A DNA stretch of 64,000 nt from the IMG/VR virus record IMGVR_UViG_3300028048_000042; one strand, 5' to 3'. Each line of letters opens with the position of its first letter. The first letter of the stretch is position 1. A program made the translations under genes and the position numbers. Positions 8,244-19,100 of this stretch are shown one piece after another. Below the pieces are notes generated by a model. The model did no database searches and was not told the DNA's origin. It worked only from the letters and a program-made list of their open reading frames with translations. The stretch is from a virus (Duplodnaviria > Caudoviricetes).

Positions 8244-11222
8244 GTGGAAACAGGTATTCGATTTACTTGTTTAAAAAATGGTGATAACTTATTAGGACAG
8301 ACATGGGAATATAAAGGCAAAACAGATGTAGAAGCCATTGAAGAAAAAGTAAAGGATATGTTTAAACACGTTGACATTTGTAAAGTCAATTATGTAATTG
8401 ATACTTTGCTTGTTTCCAAAGATGCTTTGAATAATGTGTATTTGCCTAATACAGGTGTAAATGGTGATTTGTGGCCTATGAATCGCCGTTTACAGTTGTA
8501 TAAACAATGTAATGATATATATAAAGATGTTAAACTTGTAGTTGAATTGGAGTTTCCTACAGTAGTTACTGCATTTAACTATATGCAATATGCACAATTT
8601 GCTACAGAAATTATAAAAAAATATTCTTATATAAAATATTGGCAGATAATGACTGTCCCTGAAAGTTATGATGAAACAGGTGCTCAAAAATGTCCACCTG
8701 ATGTTTATGTTCAATTAATTAAATATATTCATACAACGATTCATGAAAACTTTTCAGATATAAACATTGGTGGCCCTGCTGTTTTTACAGCAGTTAATGA
8801 ATATGTTGAATCTGAATATCTTAATAGCGAAAAACAAACATTTCATAAAGGTTGGCTTGCAGAAGCCACAGGTGAATTTTATGGTACTGACCCAAAGTAT
8901 GATTTAACTGAAAAAAGTGGTTTTCTTCCATATATTGATTTTTTCTCATTTTGGGGAGATAACAGTACAGGTGAATTCAAATATGAAACGTTCCCATTAG
9001 TGATAAAAAAAATGCAATTGGGATTAATCGAGCAAGGACAAAGAACAGGATTTAATTTAAATGTTCCGTTTTGGTCTACAAAACAAGGTCACTTTGCAGA
9101 TAAGGAGAACAATCAAGATTTGCAATTGCAGGCTTATCGTGACTTGAAGGAATATATGGGGGATTTTATAGTTAATGTTGTCCCTTTTAAATCTCAGTTG
9201 GTTGATGAATTTTATAATCCGCTTGATGGAAATGCGGTTAAAAATGTTTATGGTATTTTGTATTACTATTTAGGTAATGATAGAAAACCATCATATACAG
9301 AGTTTAATTTCGTTTTAAATATGTTGTCGGAATATCATGAAGTATGTCGTGATGAAATGCTCATTAAAGCTAAAAGACCTTATGAATATACAGCAGATGT
9401 ATATAGTGTAATGTTCATAAATGACAATAAAGATAAAATCTTGACAGCTATTTATCCAACACAAGAACGAATTATTTCTCCTTCAAACAAGATTTTTACA
9501 ACAGTTAGTTTAAAACCTGCATTAAATCGAGTTGTGTATATTCCTAATGGAACAAAAGCACAAATTGATAGTATGACTGACGTTAATTTCAAAAATTATG
9601 ATTTTATTTTGGTTGAGGAAAAATTAGTCGTTGATACAAAAACAAATGAAGATTTGCAGGCAGAAGTCGAAGAAAAATTAAATTTCTACGAAACTTATGT
9701 AAAAAATTGGATGGAACATGTTCCTGATGATTACAACAAAGAAATTTTTGATACTAATTTTTACAAACTTGTTCGTGCGGTAGCTATGGAATTTGGCGAA
9801 ATGCGACATGAATTTAAAATTCTTAAAGATAATAATTATTTATCAACAGCACATGGAGATGCAATTTGGAACAATTTTGGTGCTTTGATTGGTGTTAAAT
9901 GGAAGCCCAAATGGTCAGAAGAAGAATATCGCCGTGCGGTATCTGCAATTATCGAAAGTATTCTTGCAGGAGCAAATAAGAATTCGATTCAGAAAGCTAT
10001 TAAAGGATATACAGGTTTTGATGTTAAGATTTATGAAATGTTTAAAGATTATGAACATTATGGTTTAAGTCAAGACTTGAATTGGGATAATCAATATAAA
10101 TTTACAATAGAAGTCGAAAAAGGCTTGGATGACAATCAGAGTTTAGCTGAAGTGACGGAAGAAATTAAAGAGGTTGTTGATTTAACAAGACCTGCTCATA
10201 CATTGCCTGTAATTATGATTGTGCTTGTTGGTGAGGAAAATTATCGCGAGTGGTATAAAGAACGATATGGACGAGATTTTGCTAATTCTGATGAATTTAA
10301 TACAGAAATTTATCAATTAGAAGAAAGCAACAAGTATGGTTGGAAAGGTTATAATTATGATTGGGTTCTTCAGTCAGATTCGAATCATTCTGTGAAAGTT
10401 AATTCTGCATTTCCTATTGGAGCAAGGTATACATTGTATGATAGAATGTCGAGAGATATTTTGACTACATTTGATGTTAAAGTTCCAAAACCAAAAGAAA
10501 ATTTATTGGCTCATTATTATATGCAGTATGAAGATGTATATAATCGACCCATAAAAGAAGAATTGTCTCATGATATGACATATTATTTTTCTGAACGTAA
10601 GTTTGGCATTAAACCGCTTGTTACAGACCGAATTTTAAAAACAAATGGTGGGTTAATTTATGATGACGATGGTAATGTAATTGGAAATGAAGGCCGAAAA
10701 GTCAACCATTTTGTTACAGGATTTAAATATGCTCTATATGATGATTTTTGGATGTTATTTGAATATTTTGGAGAAGAGAAATTCCATAAGGTAAAAGAAT
10801 CAGGTTTTTGGTCTGATGTTCTTTGGACATTTAAAGAAAAATATGAAACTCCAAAAGAAGAAAAGCATTTGCATTTGGAAGTTGGTTTTGAAGAATTAAA
10901 GTATGGTTTAGTTCCGCTAAATCAGAAAGTTATGATTACCTCATATCCTGATGAACCTGCGGCAGCAAATAAACTCAGGCGAATTACGGACAGATATAGA
11001 TATGCTGTTCATTATCGTGTAAAAGATGAAATGCCACAGATTATTACGGAATTGAATGAGGAAACTTTCAAAAAGCCAACAGAAAGTTCTATAATAAATA
11101 AAATGACAAGTACATTTACTGAAGAACCTTATAAAGTCAAAAATGAAGAATTTGGAATTAAATTATATAAGGTAAAAGATGATGGGACGGAAGAGATTAT
11201 CCGTCAGGAAGGGGTGCTTTAA
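8244..11222 (+). CDS. Baseplate protein: degenerate clan GH-A-like TIM barrel fused to a P2 gpI-like wedge domain
   Basis: N-terminal IKYWQIMTVP, IGGPA, IDFFSF, PFWSTKQG, YGIL...KPSY; central TAHGDAIWNNFG...EEYRRAV...RPAHT; follows J. Confidence 0.6.
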   Translation: METGIRFTCLKNGDNLLGQTWEYKGKTDVEAIEEKVKDMFKHVDICKVNYVIDTLLVSKDALNNVYLPNTGVNGDLWPMNRRLQLYKQCNDIYKDVKLVVELEFPTVVTAFNYMQYAQFATEIIKKYSYIKYWQIMTVPESYDETGAQKCPPDVYVQLIKYIHTTIHENFSDINIGGPAVFTAVNEYVESEYLNSEKQTFHKGWLAEATGEFYGTDPKYDLTEKSGFLPYIDFFSFWGDNSTGEFKYETFPLVIKKMQLGLIEQGQRTGFNLNVPFWSTKQGHFADKENNQDLQLQAYRDLKEYMGDFIVNVVPFKSQLVDEFYNPLDGNAVKNVYGILYYYLGNDRKPSYTEFNFVLNMLSEYHEVCRDEMLIKAKRPYEYTADVYSVMFINDNKDKILTAIYPTQERIISPSNKIFTTVSLKPALNRVVYIPNGTKAQIDSMTDVNFKNYDFILVEEKLVVDTKTNEDLQAEVEEKLNFYETYVKNWMEHVPDDYNKEIFDTNFYKLVRAVAMEFGEMRHEFKILKDNNYLSTAHGDAIWNNFGALIGVKWKPKWSEEEYRRAVSAIIESILAGANKNSIQKAIKGYTGFDVKIYEMFKDYEHYGLSQDLNWDNQYKFTIEVEKGLDDNQSLAEVTEEIKEVVDLTRPAHTLPVIMIVLVGEENYREWYKERYGRDFANSDEFNTEIYQLEESNKYGWKGYNYDWVLQSDSNHSVKVNSAFPIGARYTLYDRMSRDILTTFDVKVPKPKENLLAHYYMQYEDVYNRPIKEELSHDMTYYFSERKFGIKPLVTDRILKTNGGLIYDDDGNVIGNEGRKVNHFVTGFKYALYDDFWMLFEYFGEEKFHKVKESGFWSDVLWTFKEKYETPKEEKHLHLEVGFEELKYGLVPLNQKVMITSYPDEPAAANKLRRITDRYRYAVHYRVKDEMPQIITELNEETFKKPTESSIINKMTSTFTEEPYKVKNEEFGIKLYKVKDDGTEEIIRQEGVL

Positions 11223-11878
11223 TGTACGTTCTCTTTGAAGAAGGGAGTGATTATGCCTGTGATTATAGTGAAAGGGTAAAACCTTTCACTACAGGTATTT
11301 ACATTGATGATGTATCAATGTTAACGAAAGAAATCTCCCAAAGTTATTATGTGGATGAAGAAAACGGTGGAACGAAATGGTATGTGGATAAATTTGGTAT
11401 GCCAACTACTGATAGTCGTTATGTAAAACCGTTACAGCGAAAAGTAGAGTTGAATGAAACTATTGATTTTTTGCATTATCCTGATAAATTTACAAAGATT
11501 GATGTAATGAAACACAAACGCAGATTGTTATTAAAAGATGAAAAATACACAGATTGTATGATGTATGAGTTTAATCTTAATGATTTTGTAAATGAGGAAA
11601 ATAGTGAAAATTATCAAGTAACTGATAGCATTATTGAGTTGCTACCTAATGGTGTAGTTTATACAAAAGCCATTGATGTTAAAGGTTTTAAAGAATTCTC
11701 AATTCGAGTTGATTCTGAAAATTCAGTAGAATGCTATTATGCTTATGATGGTGTAAACTATGCAAAGGCTAAGAAGAATAATAAGTTTGAAGATGAAATT
11801 GAAACTTTATACATTTGTTTTAAGAACAAAGTAAAAGAAAAAAATATCATTAATTCCTATCAAGTTCTTCTGAAGTGA
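11222..11878 (+). CDS. Hypothetical structural protein
   Basis: 218-aa ORF overlapping the upstream stop; GGGGTG SD. Confidence 0.7.
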   Translation: MYVLFEEGSDYACDYSERVKPFTTGIYIDDVSMLTKEISQSYYVDEENGGTKWYVDKFGMPTTDSRYVKPLQRKVELNETIDFLHYPDKFTKIDVMKHKRRLLLKDEKYTDCMMYEFNLNDFVNEENSENYQVTDSIIELLPNGVVYTKAIDVKGFKEFSIRVDSENSVECYYAYDGVNYAKAKKNNKFEDEIETLYICFKNKVKEKNIINSYQVLLK

Positions 11879-11939
11879 TTTTTTTGAGTGATAATCTTAT
11901 TCTTAGAGTAGGAGAACAGTGAAAGGACTGAGATAATAG

Positions 11940-13931
11940 ATGGCTTCGACCATAACAGATTATAAGCCCACTTTTTTACAGCCCATTAAAGGTTCATATA
12001 AAGATAGTACGCATTTTGTTGCATTGAATGTCGGAACTGATGCTTATGTAACAGAACGTGAAATGAATGAGCTTCAGTGGGTTCAGACTGAAAAAGCGGC
12101 AGAAACTTTAAGAGAAATTACCAAAAGTGGTGTTTTGACAATAGATGATTCAAGTAATTTGGAGTTCTGTTTTAAGGTAAAAAATAATGATAAAAATCAT
12201 TTAAATGGATTTGAATTACCTCCTTTCAAAACAGTACAGAATGGTTATTTGACTCACCATGAATATTATCGTTCAACTGAACCTGACAAAAAAGATATTC
12301 CTGTAAGATTGCCCAACCCTCCTGTTGGTGGTTATAGACATGATTTTTTGTTTATTGAGTTTTGGTTTAAAGAGTTGAAAAAGACAGATAAAGTACCGAA
12401 GTTTGGGTTTGATACAAATTCTGCTTTACCTTTTAATATTCTTGATGAACGAATTTCAGAGGAAACTTCTCGTAGAATTCAGTTGCAGTGGACAATTTCA
12501 CATTATGAAGACTATGATGATTGGTGTGACAATGGGTTTATTAAGCCTGATGGGAAACCAAATGAAAAGATTCATCCATTGGCACAAACAGGTTATCGTG
12601 CAGAAAGTTATTATTTTGAACCTGTTGAATATGACCCATATCTTTTCCGTGCAGGTGAGGGTTTAGTTAAAAATCAAAAAATTCATACTGTAGATGGTTA
12701 TGTGTATGCCATTCCTTTGTTTAATATTTTGCGATATAACAATAGTGGTTATGATGCTCGTTATAATCCAATGGGCGGTATTGATTATGTAAGTGATGAA
12801 GCTACACCAACTCCTGACAGACCTGATGGAAAATATTCTAATATCATTTATAGTGATGATATTAAAGATTTAAGACATTTAGCACCAATGAGTGAAGCAC
12901 AGTATAATAAAATTTATACTAGCTTGAATGAATATTATCAAGACCAAACGATTCTTAGGAATAAGATTTATCGTTTGACCTATGATTGGGAAGTTATGAG
13001 ATATAATCTTCGTAATCTTGATATTGATATTCCTTCCATTCATGATAAAGAGGTTTATGGTGTTGAAATGTTCCATCAGTGGGGTACAACTTCAGGTGGT
13101 ATGATTGACCCCATGAATGAGGATAAAAAAATTGCATATCATAAGCATAATAAGTATTATGTAGGTCGTGAATTGAAAGGTAAGAATTATGCTGTTCTTT
13201 CTACATTAATTGATTATGACTGGGAAGACAAGGGTACTCTTGGTGATTTGTATATTAACAAATTTGCTGATAAATTCCGAGTATATAATACAGGTGCTAA
13301 AGGTTTGCGCATGAGTTTTGAAGCATTGCAGGCTGATGGTACGACAGTATTGATGGGCGAAGATACATTTAGTGGCATGGATGGTACTGCTATTAAAATG
13401 CCATTTAAGTTGGATGATGATAGATACTTTGTTCAGGTAACAGCTATTAATAATGCTGAAGGACGCAATGGTGAAATCTTTGTTAAATATGTTGAAGATA
13501 CTATGTATGTTTACAATACAGGTATGAAAACTGATAAATACGGAAGCGTAACTGCAACGACAGGCAATAAGTTCCAATGGGTAGTAATTGACTTATATTC
13601 TGATGCTTGGAAAAATATCAATTATATGAACGTTACATTGGATGGTCAAGAGGGTGTTCAGGTATCTTCTAAAGAATTTGGTGAAATGTATCGCTTGACT
13701 TTGGGTACGCCTATTGTTAATTCATCTATGATGATTGAACAGGGCAGTATTGGTGATATTTATGCCGATGTTGATGAAGAAGATATTTTTACTGTATATA
13801 ATACAGGCGGTGCAGGTGCTACAGTACAGTGCTTAGTATTTAATGATGTTCTATATGATGAATATTACGATACATTATCAGTAAAAAGACCTACAATTGA
13901 ACCTAATATTGTGGTTCGTGAGAAGGAATAA
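11940..13931 (+). CDS. Tail/baseplate structural protein (paralogue of 16193-19783)
   Basis: EMNELQ, FIEFWF, DERISEETSRR, RPDG...DIKDLR shared with the 16193 ORF. Confidence 0.65.
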   Translation: MASTITDYKPTFLQPIKGSYKDSTHFVALNVGTDAYVTEREMNELQWVQTEKAAETLREITKSGVLTIDDSSNLEFCFKVKNNDKNHLNGFELPPFKTVQNGYLTHHEYYRSTEPDKKDIPVRLPNPPVGGYRHDFLFIEFWFKELKKTDKVPKFGFDTNSALPFNILDERISEETSRRIQLQWTISHYEDYDDWCDNGFIKPDGKPNEKIHPLAQTGYRAESYYFEPVEYDPYLFRAGEGLVKNQKIHTVDGYVYAIPLFNILRYNNSGYDARYNPMGGIDYVSDEATPTPDRPDGKYSNIIYSDDIKDLRHLAPMSEAQYNKIYTSLNEYYQDQTILRNKIYRLTYDWEVMRYNLRNLDIDIPSIHDKEVYGVEMFHQWGTTSGGMIDPMNEDKKIAYHKHNKYYVGRELKGKNYAVLSTLIDYDWEDKGTLGDLYINKFADKFRVYNTGAKGLRMSFEALQADGTTVLMGEDTFSGMDGTAIKMPFKLDDDRYFVQVTAINNAEGRNGEIFVKYVEDTMYVYNTGMKTDKYGSVTATTGNKFQWVVIDLYSDAWKNINYMNVTLDGQEGVQVSSKEFGEMYRLTLGTPIVNSSMMIEQGSIGDIYADVDEEDIFTVYNTGGAGATVQCLVFNDVLYDEYYDTLSVKRPTIEPNIVVREKE

Positions 13932-13947
13932 AGGAAGGAATTAAATA

Positions 13948-14604
13948 ATGAAAGTATTACATGATTTAGTTGATACAAAATCCGTTCGTGGTCAGCTTAG
14001 TTTGATTGAACACAAGGGCGGTGAATTCATCAATGGTAAGTTGGTTGGTGGCGAAATTATCCACGAAGAAACGATTCAGAACCTTATCGTTGATACAGCT
14101 TCTCAGTTGATGGCTGCTAGAATGGCTCCAGGTGCTATTACAGGTGCTACTGACCCTGCTTTTCAGGGAAATTTCGTAGATAAAGGTTTGCAGTATTTAG
14201 CTGTTGGTGTTGGTGTTCTTCAAGACCCATCACTTCCATATGATGAAGTAACAAATAACGTAGACCGTACACAGTGGGATTTGCAAAACCCACCATCTGA
14301 AACTCTTACAACAACAAAACTTGTTGGTGAGTTTTACCGCAAGCGTTTTACTTCTTGGTGTTTCTTGGATGCGGCAGGTAACGAAACATCTTCTCTTACA
14401 AATGTTTTGAAGATTACAACTACATTCCTTGAAAACGAAGCAAATGGCCCAATTACTGAAATCGGTCTTTATGGTGGTGATGCACAGGCATGGAATGCAG
14501 GCGCAGGTAAAGACAGCGGTTACTTATTTAATTATAAGACGGTTAAAGTTTGGAACAAAATTGATGAATCTCGTTTGACAATTGTTTGGAAATTGACATT
14601 CTAA
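13948..14604 (+). CDS. Tail-collar/baseplate fibre-attachment-like protein
   Basis: NLIVD, YLAVGVG, ENEANGPITEIGLY, LTIVWKLTF. Confidence 0.65.
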   Translation: MKVLHDLVDTKSVRGQLSLIEHKGGEFINGKLVGGEIIHEETIQNLIVDTASQLMAARMAPGAITGATDPAFQGNFVDKGLQYLAVGVGVLQDPSLPYDEVTNNVDRTQWDLQNPPSETLTTTKLVGEFYRKRFTSWCFLDAAGNETSSLTNVLKITTTFLENEANGPITEIGLYGGDAQAWNAGAGKDSGYLFNYKTVKVWNKIDESRLTIVWKLTF

Positions 14605-14613
14605 TATAATTTT

Positions 14614-14645
14614 AAGGTATGTGTTTGTACAAACACATACCTTTT
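14614..14645 (+). terminator. Perfect 30-bp palindrome / terminator
   Basis: AAGGTATGTGTTTGT|ACAAACACATACCTT followed by T tract. Confidence 0.75.
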
Positions 14646-14684
14646 TACGTATAATAAAGGAAATAAAAAAAGGAGAAAAATATT

Positions 14685-15759
14685 ATGGGGCTTGTATTAC
14701 CACAGACTGTGAAGGCAAAATGGCAAGGTAGAGCTATAACTCATTATATTAGTAAAGGTTATAAATTTACAAATAGAGGTGACGAATTGGAAGTTAATGT
14801 TGAAGATTTGTCTAAAGGCTCAGAAATAAAAGTAAGGTGTAATTGTGACTATTGTGGTGAAAGTAGTATTGTAATGTATTGTAACTACGTTAAGCAAATT
14901 GCTAAATTTGGAAATTTTAGTTGTCGTAAATGTTCAAGGGCTATACGAGTGAAACAAACATGGCAACAAAAAACAGATATACAAATAAAAGAAATTAATG
15001 AAAAGAAAAAACAAACTTGTAGAAAAAAATATGGAAAAGACAATCCATTTCAAGTGGAAAAATTTAAAACAATTGCAAAACAAACTTGTAGAGAAAAATA
15101 CGGAAAAGATTATTTTTTTGCAAACAGAAGAAGGAAAAGAAAAAAGAAGACAAAACTTTAAAGAAAAATATGGAAAAGATAATCCTTCACAATTGGAAGA
15201 AATTAAAGAGAAAAAGAAACAAGTATGTAGAGATAGGTATGGAAAAGATTATCCTTCACAAGTGGAGGAATTTAAAGAAAAACAAAGACAAACATGTAGA
15301 GAAAAATATGGAAAAGATAGTTTTACACAAGTAGAAATATTTAAAATAAAAGCAAATAGAACAAAAATTAAAAAATATGGGAGTTGCTTTGGTGGTGCTT
15401 GGATTTATGGTTCAAGTCAACAAAAACATATTTTTGAGATTGTTGGAGGAAAATATAATTATCCGTTTCATGGTTTTTTTGTTGACATTGCTTTGCTGAA
15501 AAATAAAATAGCAATTGAGTATGATGGTACAGGACATACTGTATCAGTAAAAAGTAAAAAAATGACACAAGAAGAATTTACTCAAAAAGAGCAGAATAAA
15601 GAAAATAAATTATTTGAAGAAGGTTGGAAAATTATTCGTTTGGTCAATGAAAAGACGGATAAACTTCCTGATGATGAAACAATTGTAAATCTCATTAACG
15701 AAAAAATTCATATACTCAAAACAACCGATACCAAAAAAGTAGTTGTTAAATGGAGTTAA
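14685..15759 (+). pseudogene. Free-standing homing endonuclease (Zn ribbon + 23-aa KYG repeats + DUF559/Vsr-like nuclease), frameshifted at T7 run 15113-15119
   Basis: CDYCG/CRKC; five repeats of QTCREKYGKDxxxQ; VDIA...IAIEYDG.GH...GWKIIRL. Removing one T fuses the two ORFs and keeps the repeat register. Confidence 0.75.
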
Positions 15760-15763
15760 AATG

Positions 15764-15798
15764 TAAGGCAGATATGATAAAACGTCATATCTGTCTTA
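15764..15798 (+). terminator. Hairpin after endonuclease gene
   Basis: TAAGGCAGATATGA-N7-TCATATCTGTCTTA. Confidence 0.6.
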
Positions 15799-15828
15799 TT
15801 CTTTCTATATATGAAAGGAATGAGATAT

Positions 15829-16086
15829 TTGAAACGTTTAGTAGCAGTAAATTGGAATGAACCTGCAATTAATTTTGAAGGGAAAACATTAAATCAAATG
15901 GCAGATGAAGTAATTGATAAATTGCCTAAGGAAAAACCATCCGACAAGGAGAAATATGAAGCAATTAATGATGTTATGAAAAAAGAACTTCATGATGCTA
16001 ACGAAGAAGTAGACCAATTTGAACGAAATTGGAAAGAAAACGAAATGGTTTTAAAGAATGATATAGATGATTACTACAATAATTAA
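15829..16086 (+). CDS. Small acidic hypothetical protein (MKRLVA...)
   Basis: TTG 15829 preceded by AAAGGA SD. Confidence 0.6.
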   Translation: MKRLVAVNWNEPAINFEGKTLNQMADEVIDKLPKEKPSDKEKYEAINDVMKKELHDANEEVDQFERNWKENEMVLKNDIDDYYNN

Positions 16087-16192
16087 CCAGACAAAATTAT
16101 ATTAAAAATTTACAAACGTTTTGCAGATTTTTGCAAGACGTTTTTGTATTTTTCTTTTAGAAACAGTAGATTTTTAGAAAGGAGAAATTCTT

Positions 16193-19100
16193 TTGGATAA
16201 ATTTGAACGTTTTTCAAATTATAATGAACAGTCTGCTTATCAGCAGGTAATTTTTGGTCATGACAATCCAATTCTTGAAACAGAATTGAATGAAATGCAG
16301 CAGTTGCAAGATAATTCAAGACTGTCATTAATTAGAAAACAGGTTTTTAGTGGTTTCACTGAATTAGTACAAAAAGAATTTAAAGGTGAACCAATTATTT
16401 ATAATCCAACCGAGAATGGTTTAACTTTGGTTAATAAAATTGCCATTGCTCCATTTAGGGCTAACGTTGCAGGTTATGAAATAAATGGTCAGGGTAATTT
16501 TACATATAACAAAATTGATAATTATATCCTTGTAGACTTAGGTCAAACTAGCAAAGATGCATTGAATGATACATTGGTGTATTTGGAGGTATGGTTTGAA
16601 ACTGCAAAGGGCGATACAGCAGTAACTAAATTTGGTTACATTGATGGTGATGTTTTGGGAACACCTGCAAAAGATAATCGAGTTGCAGAGGAAACTTCAA
16701 GACGATTGACTTTGTGTTGGGCAATTCGTGTAAAGAATGAATGCGATTTTAATTCGTATGCTGATGGTATGGGATATAATGATATTTTTCATTATTCTCA
16801 CGTATTTGCAAAGGCAAATGGTCAGTTTGGTAATGCGGATAACGTAAATATGGCTTTTTGTGAAGCTACAAATGATTTGTTCCGTGCAGAGGATTTCCAT
16901 AGTGATAAAAATTTGTATGTGGGCGGCAGACCTACTTATGAAGTGAAATCATCAACACTGCATGGTAAATATGTGTTTGCGTTACCTATGTTTCGTATTC
17001 GCCGTAGAAATAGAACCAAATATAGTTTGTCTAATTTTAATGGTTCTTCTTCCTACAATGAAATGGTTGTTTCAAACAATAGTTCGTTAAAAGGCGATAT
17101 TTTGAATGATTTTCGTCCTGATGGATTAGCCTATGATGTAATTGATGTGAATGATGTTATGGATTTACGTAGGTCTGTAAACTACGCAGATTATAATGAG
17201 AATTCAATTGCTGATGAAACAGTTAATTTGCTGTTCTCAAATCAATTGCAGACCAAAATTACAAAGAAAATGCGCCGTGTACAAATTGGCAATAAGCAAG
17301 TACCCCTTGATGATATTGAATCAGCTACAGTGTTTGTTCCATTTGAAAAAAGTGTTTTACCAACAATCGGCGGTTCTGCAAATGCTCCGTTAATTGCGGA
17401 AAAGGCTGATGTGGAATATCAGGATTCGGTTTGCGGATTCGGTGCAGTAATTAAGAATAATACTCAATTGGTTTACAATATTCGTAGAGATGCTGATAAT
17501 CCGTTGATGAATAGAGACAAAGGTACTGTGGATTTCTTCCTCAAACCTTTTTGGAATGGTAGTGATGAAGAAGTTTCACAAGAAATTTTATGGTTGACTG
17601 ATACAGCAAACAAACCAATTCTTAAATTTGAAAAGAAAGGATTAAATCTTGTTCTTACTCATTATAATGATTTGATTGGTTCAAGTCAGGCTGTAGCGAC
17701 TGTTGATTTAAGTACGGAATTAATTAAATCTCACCAATTTTATCATTTCCGCATTGCTTGGACAAATAAACCAATGCCTATTAATGGAATGATTTATTTC
17801 TATATTAACGGTCAGATTAAAGCACAGGCTGAAATTGCTACTTGTAAATTGGTTGCAAGTTATTTGAAAATTGGTGGTCAATCAAATACAGACAAGGGAT
17901 TTTTGATTGATAGTATGATTGCGTATAATACCAATTTTGAAATTCTAGCAATGCAGGGGTCAGAATATGGTTATGCAAAGAACACATTTTTCCCCATGTT
18001 GCCAAATGATTTTATTCATTCTGACACATTGTTATTGCCTGCATTTAATGGTTATGTTAATAATCTTGGTGATAATGCATATACACAACAAAAAGTAACC
18101 ACAGAATTATTCCCTATATCTGAAACTTCTTCAGGGAAAACATTTACATTGTCTGTATCTTCTGACAAAAAGATTAAGAGCATTGATAAAGTATACAATT
18201 ATGAAACGCATCAATTGTATACCCTTGCAAATTACTCTGTGGTTAATAACGGCAATTCTGCTAAAATTGTATTTACAACATCATTCAATTCTATTAAGAA
18301 AATTATTGTTGAATTCACGTTAGAATTAAATACAGGCTGTGGTGGTCAGGATATTCCTACTGAAATTTTAGGTGCTACTTGGGTTAAATACGAGGATGAA
18401 GCAGATAACTATGATTACGGTCTGCACAATAAGGCAGAGGTATCATTTAATGCAGAAGGTGCATATCCACGACAAGTTCCGTTGCTGAAGCCTAGAAAAG
18501 TTAATGGCGAAGAGGATAAAGCATATGATATATCTAATAAAGTCAGGACACAAAATCAATGTTATGCTCGACTTCTGTACTATAATATGTCAGGAAATGG
18601 TACAATAGAATATAATATACCTACATATTTATACGGATATAAAGTCGTTGGTGTAATTGGTTGTAGTGATATTGCTGAAATTAATGAAGTTTATAGAACT
18701 CCTTCAGATATTCCTGATGAACCTGAACAATATATTACAGTTCATCTAAAAGAGCCTTTGCTTATTGGTGAAACAATTACATTTACATTGGCAACTGAAG
18801 GTGAATCTTTTGACTATGATTTAAATTCAAAGACAATTTTCACAAATATGTGTCAGTGTAAAACATTGCAAATTCAGACAGACGGAAAAACACAAACATT
18901 TACAGTGCCTTGTATGAGCAATGCAGATGAAGTAATGCATGGTGGTATATTGGTGTCTGCATTTACATTCTATGACGCACAAGGTAAAAAACATTTTCAG
19001 TGCTATGAGAACTCACAAGTTTTCTATAATGAATATGGTGAGGTAGATGAAGATAAACATCGTTTCAATACGAGAGAAGTAAAAGTTTCAGGATTTGGCA

